Shown: in pieces, positions 1-7,697 of the stretch
How positions within the stretch are numbered: position 1 is the stretch's first letter
Layout of the letters: each line of letters starts with the position of its first letter
From: an archaeon
GTDB lineage: Archaea > SpSt-1190 > DYHY01
Reading direction: 5' to 3'
Length of the DNA: 20,775 nt
Assembly (NCBI GenBank): GCA_037442745.1
Contig: JBBIPP010000014.1
Span: forward strand, 11,528-32,302
Translations under genes and position numbers: made by a program
The notes under the pieces: model-generated
The model's database searches: none
Seen by the model: only the letters and a program-made list of their open reading frames with translations
What the model was told of the DNA's origin: nothing

Positions 1-91
1 TCCGGTCGGCCTTCTGATCCCCTCCCTTACCCAGACCTCCCTCCGGTCGGCCTTCGGACAAACTTCTCTCACCCAAAAGACCGCTTCCTTT

Positions 92-108
92 GGAAAAACC
101 GATAAATA
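92..108 (+). promoter_or_regulatory. Putative archaeal BRE/TATA promoter for the 146 gene
   Basis: GGAAAAACC followed by GATAAATA about 38 nt upstream of ATG 146. Confidence 0.4.
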
Positions 109-145
109 CTCCCTTCAGAGTTTCGGCAATATCCCGGAAAACACA

Positions 146-634
146 ATGCCGAAGAAATCCTCTAAAAAAACCCCCTCTCCCCTCCCCGCGCCCCACCCCT
201 CTCCCAAAATCCAGCTTTCAGTTCTTGCAAAAAGCCCGTTCTGCAGGGCAGTTCTTCTACTTTCAGTGGTTGCTGGATATTTCCTTGTTCCAAAACCCCT
301 CTATTCCTCAAACCTCCTTCCATTGGCTCTCCTCTTTATTGCAACATTCTCCCTTACAATAACCTGCATTGTTTTCTCGGCAAAGGAGAGGTTCCTTACC
401 ATCCGCTCATCAGGGGAATCGATTCTCGGGGCAGTAGGTTCCCTTGTCGGAATTGTCTCAATTGAGCTATGCGGAATTTCTGCAACTTCCTGCTCAGGGG
501 GGCTCGCCCTCTCAGCTATCGGCTTCCTCCTCCCAGCAGGGGCAATACACCTGCTCTCGAATTTCGCAGTCCCTCTTTTAGCTCTCTCAATAGGGGCGCA
601 GTTAATCTACCTTTTCAGGAATTGCCGGATTTAG
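146..634 (+). CDS. Hypothetical integral membrane protein (about 4 TM helices, C-x6-C in a membrane segment)
   Basis: 162 aa ORF with four hydrophobic stretches and a Lys/Pro-rich N-tail. LCGISATSC motif. Its stop overlaps the stop of the convergent hypA-like gene. Confidence 0.7.
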   Translation: MPKKSSKKTPSPLPAPHPSPKIQLSVLAKSPFCRAVLLLSVVAGYFLVPKPLYSSNLLPLALLFIATFSLTITCIVFSAKERFLTIRSSGESILGAVGSLVGIVSIELCGISATSCSGGLALSAIGFLLPAGAIHLLSNFAVPLLALSIGAQLIYLFRNCRI

Positions 635-1005
635 TTAACAATAATCTCTTTTATTTCAACGCCTTTTCCCTCATGGACCAAGAGCTCGACTTTCCTGCAT
701 TTCGGGCACTCGGCAACGACTTTTCCCTCCCCGACCTCAAAAACTGTCGGCCTTCCGGAAAATCCGCAGATGCATTCAACAACCCCGGGGCTTGTGACAA
801 CCTCCAATTCCGCATTGTCAATCTCGCTCCCCTCTATCAATGTTGCAAGGACGTCGGCAAGCTCGTTCACTTTTATTGGGGAAAGTTCCCCCAATCCGAT
901 TAAAATCCGCCTGACTTTTGCTTTCCCCTTGTGCCTCTTCTTCACCCCGTCGAAAACAACTAGGGCATCGTGCATAATCTTTTCAGCTGCCTCGTAAACA
1001 TCCAT
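631..1005 (-). CDS. hypA: HypA/HybF-family hydrogenase nickel metallochaperone-like protein
   Basis: Motifs IGLGELS, TLIEGSEIDNAELEV, Zn ligands CICG and CPKC, and C-terminal GKGVEIKEI match HypA. The ATG at 1005 is preceded by GGTGA (1016-1020). An alternative ATG at 975 would give MHD. Confidence 0.8.
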   Translation of the reverse strand: MDVYEAAEKIMHDALVVFDGVKKRHKGKAKVRRILIGLGELSPIKVNELADVLATLIEGSEIDNAELEVVTSPGVVECICGFSGRPTVFEVGEGKVVAECPKCRKVELLVHEGKGVEIKEIIVN

Positions 1006-1029
1006 CCGGATAATTTCACCCAAGACTTT

Positions 1030-2310
1030 TTATTGTTTCCCGCCCAATTGCCTTCCGAACTGCTCAATTTCCCTCATAACTCCGGTTGAATACTGGATTG
1101 CCTTTTTAGGTTCGAATGCGATTTTCTCCGGGATTCCAAGGGAAATTGCGGCTTTTCGGAGTATTATTTTCCTGTTCTCCCTGTCAGCAAGTTTTTCTCC
1201 AATTTTCAGCCCAAGTGCGAAATTCACAATTTCCCTGTCGAGGAAGGGCTGGCGAAGCTCCTTTCCGAACTTTCCAGCAGCCATGTAGTCTCTCTCGCAG
1301 TTTTTCTCCCCAATTGAGAAAACGTCCGCCCTATGGAGTTTCTCCGCTTCCTCTTCGGGGACTGAATAATATTTCCTGTATCCGCAGAATAGTTCATCCG
1401 CTCCCTGGCCGGTCAATATCACATTTCCCTTGGCTTTCTTTGCAATTGAATAGGGGGAAAAGGCAATTCCTATCTGTACCGGGTCGGCAGTCTCAATTGT
1501 TTCAGAGACCTCCTGAAGCGTCTTTTCGTTTACTTTTAGGACAATTTTCCTCAGCTTCAGTCCCAAGAGATTTGCCGCATTTTCCGCTCTCTCGAAATCT
1601 TGGGAGCCGGGAATTCCTGCGACAATGCAGGTTGTCTTTTTCAGGCGTTCTGAAGCGATTTTTCCGACAATTGCTGAATCAACGCCCCCTGAGAATGCGA
1701 CAGTTGCCCTCTCAAGGCCAAAAACCATTTTTTCAACAGCCAGCTCAATTAGTTCGGGCAGACTGCCTTTTGGTTTTTGGAACTTGAAAGGAATTTTTGC
1801 GAAAAATTTTCCGTCCCGATAAATTGTCCCCGGCTCCTGCCTACTTATCTCACCCGGAGAAACGCCCGCTTTCAGGAGAGCCTTTCCCTCGGAAGCGAAC
1901 ATTCCGCCCCCAAGGAAAAGGGGGCGCACTCCGAGGAAATCCCGCGCAGTGTAGAGGTGCCCTTCCTCAATCCAGGCAAGGGCGAAGGGGCCGTCAATTT
2001 CAGAGAGCGCCCGCGCCCCTTCCTTTTCAATAAGGTTGGAAATTGCCTCGCTATCAGTTCCTGTCTTTCCCGAGAGATCTTCTGGAAACGAGTACCATTC
2101 CCCGTTATGTACAAGGGAGACTTTTCCCCTCTTTGAAACGAAAGGAGGTTTCGCCTTTCTTTTACCAACAATCAAGAGCCCAGTTTCCCCTATTGAGAGC
2201 TTGCCGATTTTCGAAATTCCTGACAAGTCCGGCCCCCGGTTTTTCAGGGATTTTTTCAGGAGAGCGAGTTCCCTTTTCGAGGCCCCATTCCCTCCGAAAA
2301 TTCCGCACAC
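1030..2310 (-). CDS. asnB: Asparagine synthase (glutamine-hydrolysing) family protein
   Basis: GTG start at 2310 gives the Ntn-amidotransferase N-terminus (M)CGI. Motifs RGPD, HNGE, TDSE, ARDFLGVRPL, FSGGVDS, TGQGADELFCGY, ELRQPFLD and KIILR. Confidence 0.92.
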   Translation of the reverse strand: MCGIFGGNGASKRELALLKKSLKNRGPDLSGISKIGKLSIGETGLLIVGKRKAKPPFVSKRGKVSLVHNGEWYSFPEDLSGKTGTDSEAISNLIEKEGARALSEIDGPFALAWIEEGHLYTARDFLGVRPLFLGGGMFASEGKALLKAGVSPGEISRQEPGTIYRDGKFFAKIPFKFQKPKGSLPELIELAVEKMVFGLERATVAFSGGVDSAIVGKIASERLKKTTCIVAGIPGSQDFERAENAANLLGLKLRKIVLKVNEKTLQEVSETIETADPVQIGIAFSPYSIAKKAKGNVILTGQGADELFCGYRKYYSVPEEEAEKLHRADVFSIGEKNCERDYMAAGKFGKELRQPFLDREIVNFALGLKIGEKLADRENRKIILRKAAISLGIPEKIAFEPKKAIQYSTGVMREIEQFGRQLGGKQ

Positions 2311-2332
2311 GGGGTTTTTCTGGAAACTAGTG

Positions 2333-2340
2333 TTTAAAAA
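2333..2340. promoter_or_regulatory. Shared bidirectional TATA element between asnB and aglH
   Basis: TTTAAAAA (TTTTTAAA on the minus strand) lies about 23 nt from each of the two divergent start codons (2310 and 2364). Confidence 0.55.
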
Positions 2341-2363
2341 GAAAGGAGCCACTTTGTTGGCTA

Positions 2364-3341
2364 ATGGTCTCAGACATTGCAATTCTCGCTCTCTCTTTTA
2401 TTGCGTCTTTTTTCACAACATTCTTCCTGACGCCGGTTGTCTCAAAGGAATTGGTAAGGGTCGGGATTGTCGGAAAAGACATGCAGAAGAAAAAAAAGCT
2501 CTTCCTCGCCGAAATGGGTGGCCTCTCGATTGTCGCTGGAATTGTCCTTGGAATCTCTGTCGCAATAGCCCTTGCGAAGAACACATATCCTTTGGAAATC
2601 CTTTTCGGAGCCCTTGCATCAATCCTGGTTGTCTCAATTGTCGGGATTGTCGATGACTTGTTCCAGCTTCCCCAGCTCGCGAAAGCGTTTCTTCCGGTCT
2701 TGGGCGCCCTCCCCCTAATGGCGCTTCGGGAAGGGGCAAGGACAGTCGCCCTTCCGTTTTTCGGAGCAGTTGATTTCGGCCTATTCTACCCAATCATCCT
2801 GATTCCCTTGGGAATTACCGGAGCCGCGAACGCAACGAACATTCTTGCCGGACTAAACGGCTTGGAAGCTGGTCTCGGAGTCTTGATGCATGGGACAGTC
2901 TTTCTCGTCTCCCTGTTGGTTTTCTCAAGCCAGCCGGAGTCGCTCTATTCAGCGTTGATTTCAGGAATAGTCCTTTTTTCCCTCTTGGCTTTTCTCAAAT
3001 TCAACATTTTCCCTGCAAGGATTTTTCCCGGAGATATCGGCACCCTTGTGATTGGCGGGAGCCTCGCAGTATCTGTAATAATCGGCAACATCGAGAGGGT
3101 CGGTGTAATCCTGATTTTCCCCTATTTCATTGAACTTTTCCTGAAAGCGAGGACCAGATTCAAGGGAACTAGCTTTGGCATTCTCCAAAAGGACGGGACT
3201 CTTTCCGCTCCAAAGGGCTTTCCCCAGTCCCTGACCCATGTTGTAATGAAGGCAGGGAAGTTTACTGAGCTACAGGTTGTCCTAATAATTCTCCTGATTG
3301 AGGCTTTCTTCGGAGCCCTGGCAATACTCTCTGTTATCTGA
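2364..3341 (+). CDS. aglH: UDP-GlcNAc:dolichyl-phosphate GlcNAc-1-phosphotransferase (GT4/MraY/GPT family, AglH-like)
   Basis: Polytopic membrane protein with GKDM..K, EMGG, GIVDD, NATNILAGLNGLE and FN..PARIFPGDIGT motifs typical of archaeal/eukaryotic GPT. Confidence 0.88.
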   Translation: MVSDIAILALSFIASFFTTFFLTPVVSKELVRVGIVGKDMQKKKKLFLAEMGGLSIVAGIVLGISVAIALAKNTYPLEILFGALASILVVSIVGIVDDLFQLPQLAKAFLPVLGALPLMALREGARTVALPFFGAVDFGLFYPIILIPLGITGAANATNILAGLNGLEAGLGVLMHGTVFLVSLLVFSSQPESLYSALISGIVLFSLLAFLKFNIFPARIFPGDIGTLVIGGSLAVSVIIGNIERVGVILIFPYFIELFLKARTRFKGTSFGILQKDGTLSAPKGFPQSLTHVVMKAGKFTELQVVLIILLIEAFFGALAILSVI

Positions 3342-3375
3342 ATTAGTCACGAGGCAGCTTTCCCGTCCCCAAGAG

Positions 3376-3383
3376 TTTTATAC
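3376..3383 (+). promoter_or_regulatory. Putative TATA box for the nitroreductase (leaderless)
   Basis: TTTTATAC preceded by purine-rich AAGAG, ending about 22 nt before ATG 3405. Confidence 0.5.
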
Positions 3384-3404
3384 CAAAACTACCCAATTCC
3401 CTGA

Positions 3405-4034
3405 ATGGATGTCATTTCAGCAATCAAGGCACGGAGAAGCGTCAAATCCTTCAAGCCCGACAAAGTCCCGATAAAGACAATCTACCGGCTGATTGATGCC
3501 GCAAGATGGGCGCCCTCTGCCGGAAACCTCCAGAGCTGGGAATTCATACTAGTCGAGGATTCGACTGCCAAAAAACAGCTTGCCGCCGCCGCCCTCTCAC
3601 AGGACTTTATTTCTAATGCCCCATATGTAATTGTCGCCTGCGCTGACACTGAACGGAGCGCAGTCAAATACGGCGCCCGCGGGAAATATTTCTACAGCAT
3701 TGTTGACACCTCCGCAGCAATTGAGAACCTCCTTCTTGCGGCAACGGACATTGGCCTTGGAACTTGCTTGGTCGGTTCCTTCAACAACAATATTGTCAGG
3801 GACATTCTCGGGCTCCCCGAGGGAATTGCCCCGGTTGCAATAATCCCAATTGGCTATCCGGCGGACGAAGGGGAGCGGACAACAAGGACTAGCATAGGAA
3901 ACATTATTCATTTCGAAAGGTTCGGGAAATTCCAGAATGTAAAAACAGGGGATTCCGACGAGAGCCCTCCAAAAAAGAATGACAAAAGAAGGAACCAGAG
4001 GGACGATTCAGGGCTTCTCGATATTTTCAGATAA
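3405..4034 (+). CDS. Nitroreductase family (FMN-dependent) protein
   Basis: RRSVKSF, AARWAPSAGNLQSWEFILV, AIENLLLAATDIGLGTCLVG and IPIGYPA motifs, with a charged low-complexity C-tail. Confidence 0.93.
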   Translation: MDVISAIKARRSVKSFKPDKVPIKTIYRLIDAARWAPSAGNLQSWEFILVEDSTAKKQLAAAALSQDFISNAPYVIVACADTERSAVKYGARGKYFYSIVDTSAAIENLLLAATDIGLGTCLVGSFNNNIVRDILGLPEGIAPVAIIPIGYPADEGERTTRTSIGNIIHFERFGKFQNVKTGDSDESPPKKNDKRRNQRDDSGLLDIFR

Positions 4035-4042
4035 TGAGTTTT

Positions 4043-4222
4043 CTAAAAAAGCCTCTTTTGGCTCCCGTCTTTCAATTGGTTCTTCAGCCCTCCCTTGACA
4101 GCCGGATTTGAAACAGAGGATTCAATTCTCCCGATGTCGAAGAGGAGTTTTTCCCTTTCTTCAAGGATTTTTTTGACCTGTTCGTTAAGTTCTTTCAGTT
4201 CCTCTTCAGTAAGATTTGCCAA
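4043..4222 (-). CDS. Small (59 aa) coiled-coil hypothetical protein, not in the ORF track
   Basis: TTG at 4222 lies 2 nt after the stop of the upstream gene. Translation MANLTEEELKELNEQVKKILEEREKLLFDIGRIESSVSNPAVKGGLKNQLKDGSQKRLF, TAG at 4043-4045. It fills the gap exactly. Confidence 0.7.
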   Translation of the reverse strand: MANLTEEELKELNEQVKKILEEREKLLFDIGRIESSVSNPAVKGGLKNQLKDGSQKRLF

Positions 4223-4224
4223 TT

Positions 4225-4497
4225 TTATCCCTGTCCCCCTGAAAGTGCTCTTCCTAATATGAAATTGAACAGACCTGAAAATAAGCTTGCTGTTCCTTGG
4301 CCCATAAAAAGTACCTTTTCAAAGGCAAACAAGAACAATCCGGTTTTCCAGAGGAAAAAAACAAGGCCCCCGAAAGAAAGCAGAGTTAATGCAATTCTTA
4401 TTGGAGCGGTTATTTTTTGGAAAATCGAGAGAAAAACAAGAACTAGGACAACTATGACAAGAATGAAAATGTTCGTCCAGCCAAAAGCCAAATCCAC
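4225..4497 (-). CDS. Small hypothetical membrane protein (2-3 TM)
   Basis: Strongly hydrophobic ORF. GTG at 4497 is preferred because a TATA-like ATATTTATA (4521-4529, minus strand) lies about 24 nt upstream. The longer TTG start at 4557 is possible. Confidence 0.65.
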   Translation of the reverse strand: MDLAFGWTNIFILVIVVLVLVFLSIFQKITAPIRIALTLLSFGGLVFFLWKTGLFLFAFEKVLFMGQGTASLFSGLFNFILGRALSGGQG

Positions 4498-4558
4498 GGA
4501 AGAGCAGTCCCATTTCCGAATATAAATATTCCCAAAAGTAAATTGTGGAAAAATCAAC

Positions 4559-5018
4559 TGGTCTGTTGAAACCCTCCTAGAAAATGACCGAAAGGAATAT
4601 CAGGCCAGAGCCCCGGATATTTGTTCATTTTGTGACAAACAAACCTTTGTTTAACCTGTTCAGGAAGTATTTATTGAAAGCGGGCATCCCGGAGAGAAAT
4701 TCCCGGTTCTCGAACAGACTTTATTCTGACAAAGTCCACATCTTCTACCTCGTCAAGACAACGGAACGCTCGTTCCGGAGAAAGGCGAGTCGCCGCCTCT
4801 ATATTGACGGGACGGGATTCTCCCAGCACTATTCGAAATACTATGCCCTCAGGATAGACAGCTTAATCTCCCGCAATTCCTTCGTTAAAGCGGTCATTGC
4901 GGCAAACGAACGGGGTTTTGTTGTCGGGGCGGCGTTCGTCAAGCTACTTGCTTTCAACTTCGAGAAGGTCAGGATTGCGGATTTTTTGCTAATCTTTGTC
5001 AAGGGTTTCAACAGACCC
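4559..5018 (+). mobile_element. Non-autonomous IS5-family derivative (MITE-like), copy 1, 460 bp
   Basis: Perfect 16 bp TIRs GGTCTGTTGAAACCCT (4560-4575) and AGGGTTTCAACAGACC (5002-5017). The internal ORF from 4584 has transposase remnants YIDGTGFSQHYSKYY and KLLAFNF, but lacks the HTH and the rest of the DDE core. Confidence 0.88.
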
Positions 5019-5019
5019 A

Positions 5020-5403
5020 ATGCTCGGTTATATTGGCGAAAGCGAAAAACAGACTTCTAGGAAAATAGAATTCTCGAAAAGCTTGGGTCTTTACTTGGCA
5101 GTGTTCGCCCCGACAACTCAATATCTTGGAACCGCCCTATATCGCGAGGCAGTTGAGCGCGGATTTGTCAAAGGGGACTATTTGGCTGATTTTACGAGGG
5201 CGGAAGAGGAAGGGAGACTCCCGTTTTTCAGGGAAGGTATGGAAGAATGGACACGGCGCGCGTATTACGCATTCTATTTTAGGCCTTCAGTCGCAATCCT
5301 TCTCGCCTCAAGAATACTCCCTCCTTCTCAGATATGCACCCATTTGAGGTGCCTTCGCGCCCTAGTTAAGTACAGATATTTCTCGAAAAAACCCCGAAAT
5401 TGA
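5020..5403 (+). pseudogene. C-terminal remnant of a B12-binding (class B-like) radical SAM protein, truncated at IS copy 1
   Basis: MLGYIGESE..IEFSKSL....F.PTTQYLGTALYREA...G and RAYYAFYFRP resemble the G.PGET / TP.PGT.LY / RAY..FY.RP tail of such enzymes. The CxxxCxxC-containing 5' part is absent. Confidence 0.75.
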
Positions 5404-5434
5404 CTGGAGCTTCCCGGTTTGGCGGAGAAAATAA

Positions 5435-5442
5435 AATATAAA
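5435..5442 (+). promoter_or_regulatory. Putative TATA box for the 5469-9128 gene pair
   Basis: GAAAATAA followed by AATATAAA about 26 nt before ATG 5469. Confidence 0.5.
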
Positions 5443-5468
5443 AGCTCGAAGAAATTGTTCTCTTTGGG

Positions 5469-7697
5469 ATGGCTGGAAAATCAACTCTCCTTGGGATATT
5501 GTTATCTGAGGTTTTTGCAATTTTATTCCTTATTTCGCCTTCGTTCTCTCTCGAATGGCACGACTGCTGCAACGCAATTGTCCAAAACGACCAACTAATC
5601 GAGAATTATCTTATTTACAACAAGACTAGGATGAACGCCCTAGGGGAAGGTCTCTCCCCAGAAAGATATGCAAAAGCGGTCTTCTACTCTCCGGTTGAGA
5701 CCTGCAAAAAGGAGAGTGAAATATACAAGGCAGAGTTCTTGAAGCGCGTGGCGAAAACTCCTTCCGCCTTTACAGAGAACGATGCAGGGTATTTTTCGGA
5801 TTCTGGCGCATATTCCTCCCTCGGGGGGTTCTTTGACGCCATCGCATACCAAAGTGCGTCCTCGACTTGGGGTTGGGAAGCCAACTATTATTCATATGAC
5901 CTTCATGATTGGCCCGGGAGGAAAAATGTCCCTAGAAAAGGTGCCTCTTCTGTAAGGGGAAAATGGAGCTTGCCTAGTTCCCCCTTCTATTACCTTTCCC
6001 CAAAAAGTTCGTTCTCTTCATTCATAGAGAGATATAATGCCCTATACCATAAAGCGCTCTCGGAATGCTCTGCACTATATCCTGATTATGCGCCAGAGGG
6101 CTATTTCGACAAAGAAAGCTCGAAAAAACAGGATGATTGCGTCTCAGGAAAAATGCTCGCAGATTCAGTGATAAGGGATAACATTGTCATCTATTCTGGG
6201 GCTGGCTCAAGCTATGTAAAAGGGCTAATAATTTGCGATGAGAATCTGGGAGACCAGCACCAGTTAGGAATATTGAAGTTTCCGGGGGAGCCTTCTGGAG
6301 GCGCCCCAAAGGAGGGAAAATGCTTGGTCGGTTATCACTTGACTGAGCACTCTGTCTGCTGCCGGGACGGATTTGATTCGAAGAAATCTGCCTCCGGGGA
6401 AATTGCTTGTGTTGCGATTGCCGGACAAGACGGAATTTCCGATGTTTCAGTTTCACTTGACAAAAGGACTTTTCTATTGGACGGCAAGGATTCGATAATC
6501 GCCACATTCTCCTTTTCCGGCTCGGATTCTTCAGGGAAGCCAATTCCTTATTCGGACAAGAAAGTGATTCCTTTGTTTGTAGCGGAATCAGAGACAGGCA
6601 ACATGAAATTTCTTGCAAAACCTCTCTCGGAAAGGACGGATTCTTCCGGAAAAATAATTGTCAAAATAACTCTTGAGAGCGCGATAAAGGACCTCCTAAA
6701 CAACCGGAATTCCAGCAAGGTATTTGTCTATTCCCTTGACTCTCCTGTGGAAAAAAGAAAGCAGGTTTTCTTCACAACCGAATACGCCGAAGGGTTGAAG
6801 ATAACTTCCGTTGCCTTTGATTCAGGCTCATCTGCCTGGAATGGGGGCGGGGCAAGAATAAGGATAACTGTTTCTGATCCCCTCTCGGAGAACAAGAGAT
6901 ACACTATCGACACCCCGACAAGGATTGCTGATGATTCCGGAAAACTGGTCAGGGCAAGTGAAGGTATGCGGGTTTCGGGAAAGCCCTCCGATTATGTCGG
7001 CTATGTGACGACAAGGGACAATTCAATTGTTTTCGGATGGCATCCTCCTAGGATTTCAGATGAGCGAAAAGTGAAGTACGGGGTGAAAATCCGCGACTCT
7101 CTCAAGAACGCGGGGATAACCCTTTTCACAAGCTATGCCGAGGATAAGCTGAAGAAATACAAGGAAGCAGTTTCCGACACTAAAAACGCCGTGGAATCGG
7201 GAAGCCTCCTTGAAATAACGAAGCTCGGGAGAGATGGTCGCCTAGTTCTCCCAAGTTCGAACTATGAGCATTTCTCTGGCTTGGACAGGTTTTATGAAAA
7301 TTTCGGGAAACTTGTGTCCTTTGGGACCCTTTCTAACGATTCAATAAACCTAGGCAAAACTGCCGGAGGCTATTACAACGGCGAGAACAAGCCACTTTAT
7401 CAGAAGATAAACGACGGTTTGGACGGCCTCTTCTGGATGGAGGGTGCAGTCAACCTAAGGTTCCCTGACGCAAAAATTCCAAACAGATACAAGATTCCGC
7501 TTCAAATGGTGAAGGATTGGTATGCGGTTGTCGCGGAAATGGAGGAACTTGCCTCAAATGAGACAATGACTCTTTCCGTTCCGATAACTGTCACTGTCGA
7601 AGGCCTGGAATCTGGAGCCACAGACACATTTGTAGCAACAATTCCGGTAGAGGGTTTCAAAGCGGTTCTTGCCGAAGAGACTTGGGGGCCGATCTGA
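5469..7697 (+). CDS. Large secreted/surface protein (742 aa): signal peptide, Cys-containing N-domain, Ig-like beta domains
   Basis: N-terminal hydrophobic signal (ending SPSFS), about 10 Cys in the first 315 aa, and beta-rich segments (VSVSLDK, ATFSFSG, TDSSGKIIVKIT, IRITVSD, PITVTVE). Uninterrupted ORF. Confidence 0.8.
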   Translation: MAGKSTLLGILLSEVFAILFLISPSFSLEWHDCCNAIVQNDQLIENYLIYNKTRMNALGEGLSPERYAKAVFYSPVETCKKESEIYKAEFLKRVAKTPSAFTENDAGYFSDSGAYSSLGGFFDAIAYQSASSTWGWEANYYSYDLHDWPGRKNVPRKGASSVRGKWSLPSSPFYYLSPKSSFSSFIERYNALYHKALSECSALYPDYAPEGYFDKESSKKQDDCVSGKMLADSVIRDNIVIYSGAGSSYVKGLIICDENLGDQHQLGILKFPGEPSGGAPKEGKCLVGYHLTEHSVCCRDGFDSKKSASGEIACVAIAGQDGISDVSVSLDKRTFLLDGKDSIIATFSFSGSDSSGKPIPYSDKKVIPLFVAESETGNMKFLAKPLSERTDSSGKIIVKITLESAIKDLLNNRNSSKVFVYSLDSPVEKRKQVFFTTEYAEGLKITSVAFDSGSSAWNGGGARIRITVSDPLSENKRYTIDTPTRIADDSGKLVRASEGMRVSGKPSDYVGYVTTRDNSIVFGWHPPRISDERKVKYGVKIRDSLKNAGITLFTSYAEDKLKKYKEAVSDTKNAVESGSLLEITKLGRDGRLVLPSSNYEHFSGLDRFYENFGKLVSFGTLSNDSINLGKTAGGYYNGENKPLYQKINDGLDGLFWMEGAVNLRFPDAKIPNRYKIPLQMVKDWYAVVAEMEELASNETMTLSVPITVTVEGLESGATDTFVATIPVEGFKAVLAEETWGPI

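Noticed and set aside
1-55. 14 bp direct repeat TCCGGTCGGCCTTC at 1-14 and 42-55 as a CRISPR array end
   Set aside because: Only two short copies with a 41 bp period at the window edge, too short for a CRISPR repeat-spacer unit. It cannot be judged without upstream sequence.
2311-2382. N-terminal extension of asnB given in the ORF track
   Set aside because: Ntn amidotransferases need Cys at position 2, so the GTG at 2310 is the start. The extension would also overlap aglH.
4584-5060. 158 aa ORF as an active transposase
   Set aside because: It lacks the HTH and the second Asp and Glu of the DDE triad, and it reads out through the TIR into flanking DNA.
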